From: a virus
Length of the DNA: 64,000 nt
IMG/VR virus record: IMGVR_UViG_3300045988_160931
Span: 32,001-96,000 of that record
Reading direction: 5' to 3' (one strand)
This document shows, one piece after another, positions 36,553 to 47,355 of this stretch (within the stretch, counting starts at the first letter, position 1; each line of letters opens with the position of its first letter). The notes below the pieces were generated by a model that was not told where the DNA came from, made no database searches, and saw only the letters and a program-made list of their open reading frames with translations. The translations under genes and the position numbers were made by a program.

Positions 36553-39500
36553 TTACTTTCTCTTATACTTTGCCAACGAACTACCTCCAAATAATCTGTC
36601 AGTAGTCATCGCCATAATCATCTTTTCGAAATTTTTATCATGTTGCAACTCGGTCTTAAATTCTTCGTAATTAGAAACATTTGGGAGAGTAACATTAAAA
36701 TCGACACCGCCATTTATAACATTCTTTACCTGTTTTGTGTTAGCATCACCATATGTGTTTATCGCATTCAAAAAGCCATCTTCTATAATATTCTGGATAT
36801 TATTGAGACTAAATGCCCCAATAGAAGAATCAGCTAAACTAGAAATGCCACTATCATTTCCCAAAGGAATTAAGATTTCGCCATTAAGTAGTTTTATATC
36901 ATTATTCCCAACAGAAGTACTACTCTTATTTAATAAGTTACTTGATGTGCTTGATGTGCTTGTTCCAGACTGTTTATTTTCTTTTACATCACTGACAATA
37001 TCCGATAAAGAACCAATAATTTTTTCTCTTTCTGAATCACTTAAATCGCTTAAAAGGATAGGGATGTAATTAAGGAGATCATTATTAAAATCCTTTCCTG
37101 TTTTTCCAGGGAATGCTTTAAGCCATTCTTCTCTTTGAGAAATCATTTTCTGATATCCAGTAATTAAATTCAACATTGCGGCAACAGACGTTCCCCATTG
37201 ACCAGTTTTAGAATTAAAGATAGAATCTTTTTTATTATCCCCATACTCATAGTAGGAAAATGTTTTATCTTCCTTGTATTTCCCCCCATCGATTACACGA
37301 TCATTGAAGATACCGTTAAACCATGAAGAAATATTATAACCAAATTTCTCGCTCTCTGCTTTTATAGTGTCACTAATAATTTGAGTGTTATTATTAGCGT
37401 TCTCTATCATATCAAGCATTAAGTTATCGATATTATCCAATCTGGCATTTAATATATCTTCGTATTCATTATAAATTTCATCAAGTAAGTCTTTTTGATC
37501 TGAAATGTATCTATCATACTCAGTGTCCTTTAAGTCTTGTTTTGCCTCTTCTAAAGAGACTTTTAATTTTTGAATTGTTGCTTTTGTCTCTTCCGAATTG
37601 TCACCTTGGTATGCCATCAATTGCTTTTCAAGAGTCGAAATTTCAGAAGTATGAGAAGAAATCTTTTGCTGATAATCATATAAATCTTTTTGACTGTCAA
37701 GAGCATCTTCATACTTATCAATTAAATCTTGTAAATAATCAAGTTCTAATTGGATTCCTTCTTTCACCATGTCAACAATCGCTTGTTTTTCATCCTGGGC
37801 GGCTAAAATAGACTCTTGCTGTAATTCAATCAATTCTTTTCGTCTATCGATTAAATCTTTGTTAGAACCATCTTTCTCGATTTGTTTATCAAGTTCTTTA
37901 ATCTCATTTGCATATTTTTGCGCAGAGCCATAATATATGTCATAATTTGCAACGTGTAGTCCCATCGTTGTATCGCCATAATTAGTTAACTGACCTCTAT
38001 CATCATAAAGCTTTTTATCTTTCATTAAATTGATAAGGTAATCTGATTCGTCTGATAGATCACTAATTGTATTATGGATTAAGTCATTCGTATCCCATTT
38101 TAACTGCCGAATATTCTTGATATATTCCAAAGTAGATTCATTAGACTTATCAATAGCAGCATTTACTTCATCAATGCTTTGCCGCATTTGGAACCAGGCT
38201 TCACTATATTTTTGTATTTTCCCACTGTCCATAGCTTCATCAAAAGCGGCTTGCATTTCACTTCTTTGGGCTTTCAGCAATGTTAGATTCGATTGTTCTT
38301 CTCCCATCAATCTTTCATAATACGATGCAGAAACAATATATCCTTTCGACTGCTCTTGTGAAATTAAAGATTGGATATGATTTTTTAGAGATTCTACATG
38401 GCTTGTGTAATAGTCAAACTCAGAAGAGATATTATCGAATGAATTTTTATACAACTCCGCCTCTTTCTCTTTTAAGTCTGCAATTGCATCTCTGCACTCT
38501 ATAGCTTTCTCGTACCAGTTTTGATAATCTTTGATCTTATTGCTTAAATCTTCATTTGTAATGGTTTCAATATCAATTTTACCTTCACGAACTTTTCTAG
38601 CCCAATCACCAGATAAACCAACAGAATTTGCCTGTTTCATATATCTTTCGTATCCAGCTTGTTGAATACCAATTTCGTCAGAGACCAATCCCAATTCTCT
38701 TTTAATATCTGCATTACGATAGCCCCATCTACGATATACATTGCCAATTTGATTATCCAGAGCTGATATTGCAGATTGGATTCTTTTTATCATAATTTCA
38801 ATCCAGTCAAGAGTTTCTTCGAATTTATCTTCTTCTTGTTCAGCCTCTTTTGTAGAATCATTTGAAGAATTTGAACTGCTAGATTTTCCAGAAGAACTTG
38901 ATTTTTCAGAGGAATTAGATTCTTTTTTTGCGCTTGACTTTGATTTTACTTTTCTACTAAATCCACCAGAACCATTTGAGAAAGCTGTTCCCTCTGCATA
39001 AGCAGAGCCACGTTTGTTGCCAGATGTAATTTTTCCATACTTTAACAAGTTTTCTGTCTGATCGGCATTAAAGATGATATCACCACGCTGATACTTAAAA
39101 AATTCAGCACCATTTTCACCAATTGTCTGCCAATGACCACCATGAACTACAATTTCCTCACCTAATTCTCCGCCCAGAGCAACACCAGAATCTTTCGTTC
39201 CCCAATTGCCATGTGCATATGCTGTCCCATTTACATGAGCTTTGCCACTTTTAGCAGTAGTTGTGGTAGTACCAGAAGGAACACTACCAACAATCTCGGT
39301 GTTATAATAAATCGTCCTTTGGATATCAGTAATGTTTGCGTTTGCTCTATAAACAGCAGTTAAATCCGGAGAATATCTTACTTTTGCATTCTTATCTTCT
39401 GGATTATACGCATCTACTTCAGATGAGTCTACATTAAATTTGGTTACGCCATCTTTTTCAGCAGTTGTAGAAGTATATCCTTTTACAGCACTTTCATCTA

Positions 39501-42500
39501 CACCAACACTAATTAACTGCTCTTTAGAAATCGAATTGATTGTCTGCTGTACAGTAGCAATATCATTTGGATTTACTTCAGCACCCACATCAAGCTTTGT
39601 GTTTTGAATGTTTGCTAAAGCTTGTTGGAAATCAGCATCATCAAGTCCTAATTTTGCTTTCATCTCCGTAGGCATAGTTTGCAGCATAGGAATTATACTT
39701 TGTATTTTGCTTTCTAATCCACTAGTATCTATACCCAAGGAAACATTTAACTCGTAATCATTACTATCTTGTAACAACATTCTCAAATTTGTCATTTGAG
39801 TTGAAAGACTTAAATCATTTAATTGACTTGTATCAATCGCCATAACAACAGGATTTGCTAGTTCCTGCTTGCGAGTAATTAGGGCAGACAGAACAGTTTC
39901 AGCTTCTTTTGCGCCGTCAGCATTGATGTTTATAGTGCCATCATCATTTTTGAAAGAATCAAATACACTTTGTGCTTCTTTGATCTGTTCATTTACATTA
40001 TCAATATCTGTTGTATTTATATCAAAGGTTACACTGGTTTTCCCAAGGGATTTTAGCTTTTCATTTGCACTTTCTAATAAACTTACAGAAGTATTAAGAG
40101 AATCAAGATTGATGTCAAACCCATATGCCGACAATGCCCTCATCAAGATTTGAACTTGTTGAGTAGAAATCTGTAAATTATCCATCTCAGTAAGCATATT
40201 AGCGACTTCTTCATCGCCGCCAATACCAAAATCAATGTGATAATTACCATCTTTATCAATGTTTACCCAGTTCTTTCCGAGTTCATCACTAATAGCCTTT
40301 ACATCATTTACGAAATTTTCTAAGCCGCTTCTGTCATCTGTAAAGAAACGCTGTATTGTAGAAGTGCCTTTTTCGTACATTGCTTCTAAGTCAGCTATAG
40401 ATGCAGTTGCCATATCAGCATTTGTCATCATTTGAACCCAAGAACGGAAATCGTCTGTGCCAACACGACCTAAGTCATATTGTTCCTGCATATTCTCAAT
40501 CCCATTAGAGATTTTAGAGAACATATCATCCTCGTCTGTTGTGGATTGTGCATTTAACCATTCATTATAAGAAGATGTAAGCCCATCATATTCAGCAGCC
40601 AACTGTGAAACGGAATCAATCTGTTCACTCAGTTCCTGTAATTGCTTAGAGTACTCAATTGTTTTTGAAGTATCCGTGCAATTTTTCATTGCTTTATACA
40701 ATCTAGCATACTCTTCAGACATACTTTCGATCTGGCTAGTTAAATCAGTTTTCTTCTGAGTTTTATATTCAGATTCAAGTTCTCTTAAAGCAGATACATT
40801 CAAATGGATACCATTTACAGTTCTCTCAAAAAGTTTATTTGGATTATAACCATCGAGACTTCTATATCTAGCTTGTATCTTTTTGATAGAATCTTCACTT
40901 AAACCAGTAGCAGTTACAGATTCATTGACAGCAGTTTTATAATTTTCTATCCCTTGTGTTTCTTTTGATATGTCAAATGGTGTATCATTGATAGCTTGAA
41001 TAGCCTTTTGTAGTTCAAGCATTGCTTGTCCAGCAACAGTAGATTCCCCACCTAATTCTTCTATTTGACTTTGGAAACTATCATCTAACCCAGATTTTAT
41101 ATCGTCAATAAGATTTTCAAGGCTGTCTCGTAAAGCATCTGTATCATTGATATATGGGGCTAATTGCGGATAATTCATAGCCAGGTTAGCTAGATCGGAG
41201 TCAGATAATTCTCCTAAATCTAATTTATCTAAGCTATCTTGTAGAGAAGTAATTGAATCTATACTATTTTCAATCTGACTTCTGAAATTACCATCATCAG
41301 AATTGCTCATAACATCATAGAACTTAGAAAGAGATTCCGATGTAGTTTCACCAGTTTCTTTTAAGCGATTCAGCTCTTCTTCCCATTTTGTCAAATCCCA
41401 TAAAGAAGTATCATCAGTTTCTGCACTAATTTTGTAAACAAGCTGTTTGTCCCCAGCAGATAAAGAATCAAACCAACTTAAAGAAGAATCTCCTTGTTCT
41501 TTGAAACTATCTCTTAATGCTTTTATTTGCGTATCTGTTGCTTTAGTAACTTTGTTAAAATCATTTGCGATATTTGTAGCAAATTTATCCCCAAATTCAC
41601 TTGATGCTATTACCCGAAGCTGATTCTGTAATGCTTCCATGCCATTTGCCGAACTATTGATATAGTTAAGCATTTTCTCATAATCTTCTTTTGTAGTAGG
41701 AATACCATTTTCGGACTCAAATTCAATTTTCTTTTGATTATATAAAGCTTTTGTATATGATTCAACATCATTTTTTAATCTTGTTATTTCTTCATCGATT
41801 TCTTTATATTCATCAGACTCGATTTCGCCTTTTTTAGTCAACTCATCTTTTGCTTCTATTAAAGAATAATAATAATCTGCAATTTTTGTCGCACTTTTTT
41901 TGCCACTTATATCTAAAGTATAAATACTCATTCCATTTGGAGAATTTTGAGTTGTCCCCATGTATTTTTTACCAACATAAAGATTTTTAATAATATCAGT
42001 AGATTTATCTTGATTCGCAATTGATGATAATTGAATACCTTCTTGTGGGTTAAAAAAAGTGCCGTCAAAAGTATCTTTTAATGTGTCTTTTGCAGATTTT
42101 GTTGCTTGTTCCAATTTAACTAATGATTCTTTTAATGTAGCTTTAGTGCTATTTTCTATACTTTTTGTATATTCATCAGCACTACTTTTCGCATTATCAA
42201 ATGCAGAAACTTGTAACCCAAGAGCAGAATTTGTGGAGTTTATTGTATTTTCAAGAGTTTTGTTAGCTTCACTTGCTTGCTTAGTCCCAGCATATTTTTG
42301 TGCAGCAATATATGAATCTTCTAATTGCTTTACATTTTCAGAAGTTGTTTTCCCAAATTCAATAGCACTTTCTCTTGCATCTTTTTCTGCTTGTGTCTTT
42401 TTCTGAATTGCACTAATAAAACCATTTATTGCATAACTTATACCAGCCATTAAAATAGCATTTAGTGCCGCTGTTGCAACATTAAGTGCAATTGTACCAG

Positions 42501-45177
42501 CTTTAGCTAACGCAAGAGAACCATAGTATTTAACCATGCTTGCATTAGCACCATTTAACCCAGACAAGTATTTTCCGAGTGAAGAATTTCCTTCTCCAAC
42601 AGCAGATACAAAATCTTTTTGTGACAAGCCTGTTTGCCTACATCCACTATTATATTCTTTAATAATACTAGATACGCTTCTAAAATTTTTCTCAGATGCT
42701 TTCATCGCTACTTGTGACGAAACCATATTCTTAGAAAATGTCTCAGAAGATAATGCTCCATCTGCAATAGATTTCGCATATTCTTTAGCACTATTACTTG
42801 CACTCGCTAAACAAGATTCAAAAGCCTGACTTCTGCCTTGCCCATTCGCTATAGCCTCATTAAAACTATTTATTGCCGAAATATCAGAATTCAAACTAGC
42901 TGAGAAAGAATCTGTTATAATACCCTTTTCTTTGTTTCCAAAAGAACCAGTAAAAAGAGATTTCAGAGAATCCCGTTTTACTAAACCTTTATCCCCAATT
43001 GCCGAAAATGCAGCTGTAACAGCACCAACCAAAGTCGGTAATGCTCCAACTTTTTGGACAACAACGTCTAACGCACTACCAAGCTTAATGATAATATCTA
43101 ATGCTTGCTTTAGACTGTCGGAATCGAGAAAATCCATAGAAATAGATTGACCAGTCGCTTTTAACTGATTTACTTTTGCTTCTATAGAATCCAAAGCCTT
43201 GCTCATTTCTTTTTCAGCAGAACCGGCAGATTGATTCGCAGAAACATCAAAAGCTTCTCTTGCTTTATCCCAGTTTTGCATCAAAGCAGCAAATACATTT
43301 GCCCTATTCTTACCAGCTAAGGTATCTGTTAACTCAGCTTGTTGTAAAGAAGATAAACTACCCCATTTTTCAGAAAGTTCATCTAAAATCTTATAGGTAG
43401 ACTTTAATTCGCCGTTCGTATCTGTAATGCTAATCCCAGCAGTTTCTTTCATCTTTTTGTTTAGAGCGTCAGTAGACTCAGCGACATTATCTGTTTCTTC
43501 GCCCAATTTTTCTAATTCGTCTTTATTCCCGATAAGACGAAGTGCTATGGTTTTCATACCATTGCCGACTTGTTCTGGGTCTTGTATGATTTCGTTTGCA
43601 GATGCAATCATCGCAATACTTTCATCTATATCATTCCCGGCTGTTTTTAATGCAGACGCAGATCGTTGCATTGCATCACCAATGCCACCACTGGAGATTG
43701 CAAAGCGATTTCCGATCTCATTGTATTTGTCAACGATACTTATTGCATTATCAGCTTCTATCCCAAAAGCTTTCATCGTAGAAATAACACTTTGCGTTGC
43801 ATCATCTACAGAAGAAATTTCATCACCTACAGTAGCATAAATATTTGCTACCTTAGCCAAATTCTGCGAGTCATCAAAAGAATATCCCAGTCTCGCAAAA
43901 TCACCAGTAGACGTTACAAACCCATCTACTGTCGCTCCAATCTCTTTTGCACTCTTAGATGCACTGCCTAAAAAGTTATCATAAGAAGAATCAGTTTCGT
44001 CAGTAACTTTTTTTAGCTCTGTCATTGCAGAATCAATGCTTTTTACTTGATCATACATTGATTTCACAATTTGCGTAGCACCGCCCATTAAAGTCGCAGC
44101 AGAATAATACGAACTTAGTTCTCTTGCTTTTTCTTTAAGATCACCAAAAAATGATGTTGTTTTTAATCCTGCCTTTTCTGCCTCTGCATCTAACTCCTTA
44201 AACTCCTGTTGAATTCCTTTCAATTGGATTCCATCACAGGAACGAAGTCTTTCTTTTAGTTCGTCTATCTTCGAACCAAAAACATCGGCAGCTTTCGAAT
44301 TTGTTTGTAACCAAGCGTCCATTTTCAAAGAAAACATCTGTTTTTGAGAAGCTAATCCCTGCATGGATGATGCCTGTCGATCGATATTCGCTGCTTGCTT
44401 TAATTGATTTTGCGTCTGTTCGACTTGTTCTTTATATTTCTTCCAGTGATCTATTGCTTTATCAATATCACCAGAATCAAAGGCGCTTTTCATACCAGAC
44501 AGAGATTGCTTCGCCCCATCTAAGCTAGTTACAAGCTTCTTCCCTTCGTCACTCAACTTAACATATTTTGTAGTCAAGTTAGAAAGTTGAGAATCGAATT
44601 CTCCAAACCCAGTATTTGTACCAATAGCAGTTTTTAGATCGGCAATTCTCTGAGAAAATCTTTCAACTTTTACATCTGCTTTTTCAGCCTCTAATGCAAG
44701 GTTCCCAAGTTGAGTCTCAGAAAAACCGCCTTCAAATTCAGTTTTTAAGTTCTTATAATTTTCTTTTAATCCTTCGAGTCTTGCATTTACAGAATTTAAT
44801 TCATTTTCACTGCCACCCTTAAATGACAGCCTTAGAGAATCGACTTGCAATCTCCCTATTTCGGCAAGATTCTGTTTCATCTCTTTATATGCAAGATTTA
44901 TTCTTTCAATATTACTAGAATCTGCCCCAGGGATATTTGATTTTATTCTGTTGTTGCTGTTTACTGATATTGACGAAACGCTAGGATTTATTGTTATCTT
45001 TTGATTTGAAGAAAGATTTTTTATTTGTGATTTAATATTAGATATCTGTTTCTGAACATCGCTAGTGTCTAATTTGATCTTTATTGGGTCAACTTTTATA
45101 TTTTTTAACTTTGAACTTATGCTATTTAGACTAGATTCATCAAGTTCTGTGCCTAATAGAATTTTGAATTCATCCAA
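36553..45177 (-). CDS. tape measure protein (2874 aa)
   Basis: Giant coiled-coil-rich ORF immediately upstream of Dit/Tal. Internal hydrophobic Gly/Ala-rich segments. TTG start 5 nt after GTAGGGA. Confidence 0.85.
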   Translation of the reverse strand: MDEFKILLGTELDESSLNSISSKLKNIKVDPIKIKLDTSDVQKQISNIKSQIKNLSSNQKITINPSVSSISVNSNNRIKSNIPGADSSNIERINLAYKEMKQNLAEIGRLQVDSLRLSFKGGSENELNSVNARLEGLKENYKNLKTEFEGGFSETQLGNLALEAEKADVKVERFSQRIADLKTAIGTNTGFGEFDSQLSNLTTKYVKLSDEGKKLVTSLDGAKQSLSGMKSAFDSGDIDKAIDHWKKYKEQVEQTQNQLKQAANIDRQASSMQGLASQKQMFSLKMDAWLQTNSKAADVFGSKIDELKERLRSCDGIQLKGIQQEFKELDAEAEKAGLKTTSFFGDLKEKARELSSYYSAATLMGGATQIVKSMYDQVKSIDSAMTELKKVTDETDSSYDNFLGSASKSAKEIGATVDGFVTSTGDFARLGYSFDDSQNLAKVANIYATVGDEISSVDDATQSVISTMKAFGIEADNAISIVDKYNEIGNRFAISSGGIGDAMQRSASALKTAGNDIDESIAMIASANEIIQDPEQVGNGMKTIALRLIGNKDELEKLGEETDNVAESTDALNKKMKETAGISITDTNGELKSTYKILDELSEKWGSLSSLQQAELTDTLAGKNRANVFAALMQNWDKAREAFDVSANQSAGSAEKEMSKALDSIEAKVNQLKATGQSISMDFLDSDSLKQALDIIIKLGSALDVVVQKVGALPTLVGAVTAAFSAIGDKGLVKRDSLKSLFTGSFGNKEKGIITDSFSASLNSDISAINSFNEAIANGQGRSQAFESCLASASNSAKEYAKSIADGALSSETFSKNMVSSQVAMKASEKNFRSVSSIIKEYNSGCRQTGLSQKDFVSAVGEGNSSLGKYLSGLNGANASMVKYYGSLALAKAGTIALNVATAALNAILMAGISYAINGFISAIQKKTQAEKDARESAIEFGKTTSENVKQLEDSYIAAQKYAGTKQASEANKTLENTINSTNSALGLQVSAFDNAKSSADEYTKSIENSTKATLKESLVKLEQATKSAKDTLKDTFDGTFFNPQEGIQLSSIANQDKSTDIIKNLYVGKKYMGTTQNSPNGMSIYTLDISGKKSATKIADYYYSLIEAKDELTKKGEIESDEYKEIDEEITRLKNDVESYTKALYNQKKIEFESENGIPTTKEDYEKMLNYINSSANGMEALQNQLRVIASSEFGDKFATNIANDFNKVTKATDTQIKALRDSFKEQGDSSLSWFDSLSAGDKQLVYKISAETDDTSLWDLTKWEEELNRLKETGETTSESLSKFYDVMSNSDDGNFRSQIENSIDSITSLQDSLDKLDLGELSDSDLANLAMNYPQLAPYINDTDALRDSLENLIDDIKSGLDDSFQSQIEELGGESTVAGQAMLELQKAIQAINDTPFDISKETQGIENYKTAVNESVTATGLSEDSIKKIQARYRSLDGYNPNKLFERTVNGIHLNVSALRELESEYKTQKKTDLTSQIESMSEEYARLYKAMKNCTDTSKTIEYSKQLQELSEQIDSVSQLAAEYDGLTSSYNEWLNAQSTTDEDDMFSKISNGIENMQEQYDLGRVGTDDFRSWVQMMTNADMATASIADLEAMYEKGTSTIQRFFTDDRSGLENFVNDVKAISDELGKNWVNIDKDGNYHIDFGIGGDEEVANMLTEMDNLQISTQQVQILMRALSAYGFDINLDSLNTSVSLLESANEKLKSLGKTSVTFDINTTDIDNVNEQIKEAQSVFDSFKNDDGTININADGAKEAETVLSALITRKQELANPVVMAIDTSQLNDLSLSTQMTNLRMLLQDSNDYELNVSLGIDTSGLESKIQSIIPMLQTMPTEMKAKLGLDDADFQQALANIQNTKLDVGAEVNPNDIATVQQTINSISKEQLISVGVDESAVKGYTSTTAEKDGVTKFNVDSSEVDAYNPEDKNAKVRYSPDLTAVYRANANITDIQRTIYYNTEIVGSVPSGTTTTTAKSGKAHVNGTAYAHGNWGTKDSGVALGGELGEEIVVHGGHWQTIGENGAEFFKYQRGDIIFNADQTENLLKYGKITSGNKRGSAYAEGTAFSNGSGGFSRKVKSKSSAKKESNSSEKSSSSGKSSSSNSSNDSTKEAEQEEDKFEETLDWIEIMIKRIQSAISALDNQIGNVYRRWGYRNADIKRELGLVSDEIGIQQAGYERYMKQANSVGLSGDWARKVREGKIDIETITNEDLSNKIKDYQNWYEKAIECRDAIADLKEKEAELYKNSFDNISSEFDYYTSHVESLKNHIQSLISQEQSKGYIVSASYYERLMGEEQSNLTLLKAQRSEMQAAFDEAMDSGKIQKYSEAWFQMRQSIDEVNAAIDKSNESTLEYIKNIRQLKWDTNDLIHNTISDLSDESDYLINLMKDKKLYDDRGQLTNYGDTTMGLHVANYDIYYGSAQKYANEIKELDKQIEKDGSNKDLIDRRKELIELQQESILAAQDEKQAIVDMVKEGIQLELDYLQDLIDKYEDALDSQKDLYDYQQKISSHTSEISTLEKQLMAYQGDNSEETKATIQKLKVSLEEAKQDLKDTEYDRYISDQKDLLDEIYNEYEDILNARLDNIDNLMLDMIENANNNTQIISDTIKAESEKFGYNISSWFNGIFNDRVIDGGKYKEDKTFSYYEYGDNKKDSIFNSKTGQWGTSVAAMLNLITGYQKMISQREEWLKAFPGKTGKDFNNDLLNYIPILLSDLSDSEREKIIGSLSDIVSDVKENKQSGTSTSSTSSNLLNKSSTSVGNNDIKLLNGEILIPLGNDSGISSLADSSIGAFSLNNIQNIIEDGFLNAINTYGDANTKQVKNVINGGVDFNVTLPNVSNYEEFKTELQHDKNFEKMIMAMTTDRLFGGSSLAKYKRK

Positions 45178-45202
45178 TATATATCCCTACTTTCAAAATA
45201 CA

Positions 45203-45230
45203 TTTGCAGTATAAGGATATATACTGCAAA
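45203..45230. repeat. perfect 11-6-11 palindrome TTTGCAGTATA-AGGATA-TATACTGCAAA (dif/lox-like site or terminator hairpin)
   Basis: Read directly from the sequence. Lies in the 56-nt gap between the recombinase stop (45234) and the TMP start (45177). Confidence 0.7.
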
Positions 45231-45233
45231 CAT

Positions 45234-46304
45234 TTATTCTTTTACATTATTTTCTTTTCGTATGTCATCTATTTCGTTTTGTATTAGTTCCGTTTCTAAT
45301 GCAGCACGAAGCTTTTCTAAGCCTTTCCATTTCATATCTTTTGCAGTTGTGTCATTATAGATATCGACAAGCTGATCGGAACTCCAATTCTGCATTTCTT
45401 GTACTAATTGTTTTTCTACGCCAATAGACATCAAATAAGAAACCCAAAAATGGCGTATCGAGTGTGCGTATAAATGTTTGTTAAGAACAGTATCCCATTT
45501 TTCCATCCATGATTTTATTGTCCCAACAGTAGCAGGCGTTCCATCATTTTTGATAAAGATGCTATTATGTTCTTGATTATTCTTTCGCATAATTTCTTCT
45601 CTTATTGGGAGATATGCCTTATAATAGGGGAGAAACATATCTTTGATAATATATCTCACGATACTTTTCCCATGAATTCCACGCCCTTTTACTTGCATTG
45701 ATTTTGTAGTTTCCAAAAACAATCCCTCAAAAGCTACTGAATTCTCATCAATCATGTCTGTCGTAAAACGAACTAATTCGCTTAATCTTGCACCGCTTGC
45801 CATCATCAAAGCCAATAAACACTGTTCGTTGGGCTTATTTTTCTCCCCAAGCCATTTCATAAGAATATCAAGTTCTTCTTTTTTGAAGATAGATTTTTCT
45901 CTAACCGTTTGCTTTGGCAATTTTTCTATCTTTTTTACGTTGTTCCTAAAATTAGGATATTTTTCATCTAAATACATTTCGATAAAATTAGAAAGACTAC
46001 TCAAAGAAGAGTGCATCTGCGCAAAACGATTTGCAGACCATTTTAGATCAGTTACACAATAATCAAAAAAATCTAAGAACGTATATTTTTTGATATCTAC
46101 AAAAGATTCATTATCAGCATACAATACGACCCAACATAAGAAAATCTGAAAATTAGACTGATACACCTTTACTGATTTTGGCGATCTCTTAGTAGCAAAA
46201 TTTTTTAGAAATCTGTCTACAATCTTTTGACTTTCTGGGTTTATCTGTGCGACCAATTCTGGTGAGGTTATCTTTTTTCGAAAGGTTTTTCTTCCATTAC
46301 TCAT
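45234..46304 (-). CDS. second tyrosine recombinase (Xer/Cre-like)
   Basis: 'SGARLSELVRF' (Arg), 'AHSIRHFWVS' (HxxR) and 'NWSSDQLVDIYND' (Tyr). N-terminal SAM-like core-binding region. Confidence 0.8.
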   Translation of the reverse strand: MSNGRKTFRKKITSPELVAQINPESQKIVDRFLKNFATKRSPKSVKVYQSNFQIFLCWVVLYADNESFVDIKKYTFLDFFDYCVTDLKWSANRFAQMHSSLSSLSNFIEMYLDEKYPNFRNNVKKIEKLPKQTVREKSIFKKEELDILMKWLGEKNKPNEQCLLALMMASGARLSELVRFTTDMIDENSVAFEGLFLETTKSMQVKGRGIHGKSIVRYIIKDMFLPYYKAYLPIREEIMRKNNQEHNSIFIKNDGTPATVGTIKSWMEKWDTVLNKHLYAHSIRHFWVSYLMSIGVEKQLVQEMQNWSSDQLVDIYNDTTAKDMKWKGLEKLRAALETELIQNEIDDIRKENNVKE

Positions 46305-46317
46305 ATTATCACCACCT

Positions 46318-46779
46318 TTATCTTATCGGTATTCCAGCAGAAATAAGAGAATCTTTAAGTACTTTTATTGCCTCTTGGTTTAATTTAGCAATTGCTTCTA
46401 AATAAATCCCATTGCCGCCAGCAGGGGAGTATCCACCGTGAGGAGAACCAGATGTCATAGTAACATTAAGAACTGTTTCAGCTGACCATCCATGATTGGG
46501 ATACTCTTTTCCGTTTACCATTTTCATATAATAATCCAAACGGCTCGCATCAAAATATACAGTTGCTGTTACACTATTCCCGATTATTTGAATATCAGAC
46601 TTTATAAGAGACTGATATAATTGATAAGTACGTTCATATTGGACAGGTGAGTATCCAGCATAAAACTCTTTCACAAATGTATTAACTATCTGATACACTT
46701 TCGATTGCGCTTGAATCATAGCTGATTCACTTTTCTTTAGAATATATGATTTTAATTCTTTTGCACTCTTAAATGTCAT
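46318..46779 (-). CDS. hypothetical structural/assembly protein
   Basis: 153-aa ORF in the operon. 'YSPVQYERTYQLYQS' motif of unknown family. Confidence 0.5.
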   Translation of the reverse strand: MTFKSAKELKSYILKKSESAMIQAQSKVYQIVNTFVKEFYAGYSPVQYERTYQLYQSLIKSDIQIIGNSVTATVYFDASRLDYYMKMVNGKEYPNHGWSAETVLNVTMTSGSPHGGYSPAGGNGIYLEAIAKLNQEAIKVLKDSLISAGIPIR

Positions 46780-46781
46780 TG

Positions 46782-47339
46782 TTATTCTTTATTATCTGAA
46801 TGGATTTCCTTATAAGCATCAGAATTCATATAAGACTCTACAATAGAATCAGATGTAATTCCGTTTGCATTCTCACTGAACGCTTTTGCAAAAGACATAA
46901 TTTCATCAATATCCACAGATTCTACCTGCCCAATAATCTTTTGGATTAACTTTTCTAAAGACTTCTCAATTGAATAAGTATGCACACCTGTTCGATACTC
47001 TATATTGTCATTTACGACTGATTCAAGTTTCTCAATAAATCCATTAACGCAATTATCCTTTACAGTTTTTACAATATCTGTACTATCTAAAAAGGATTCA
47101 ATAGCATCGATTTCATTCTCCGATTCGTCAATCTCAATAGTATCGACATCTGTCATAAATTTTACAATTGCATAGTCAAATACGATATTCTTCAAATGAG
47201 AATAATAGCTATCTAAGATAATAGACTCTGCTACAAAGTTTACAAATTCGCAAATCCTGCTTGCAGTTAAACTTGTACGAAAATTAAAATCTTTTTCTTG
47301 TCCATCCATAAAATAAGTAGATTTCATAATGTTATTCAT
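46782..47339 (-). CDS. acidic protein, possible tail assembly chaperone
   Basis: Acidic 185-aa ORF upstream of the TMP. SD AAGAGG. Confidence 0.35.
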   Translation of the reverse strand: MNNIMKSTYFMDGQEKDFNFRTSLTASRICEFVNFVAESIILDSYYSHLKNIVFDYAIVKFMTDVDTIEIDESENEIDAIESFLDSTDIVKTVKDNCVNGFIEKLESVVNDNIEYRTGVHTYSIEKSLEKLIQKIIGQVESVDIDEIMSFAKAFSENANGITSDSIVESYMNSDAYKEIHSDNKE

Positions 47340-47355
47340 AAACTAACCTCTTTCT

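Noticed and set aside
36640-44528. Numerous + strand ORFs inside the tape-measure gene (e.g. 42059-42406, 43427-43840) and 58047-58622 inside terL.
   Set aside because: These are antisense shadow ORFs of long, confidently assigned minus-strand genes. Their Ser/Phe/Leu-rich composition mirrors the sense codons, and they have no SDs.
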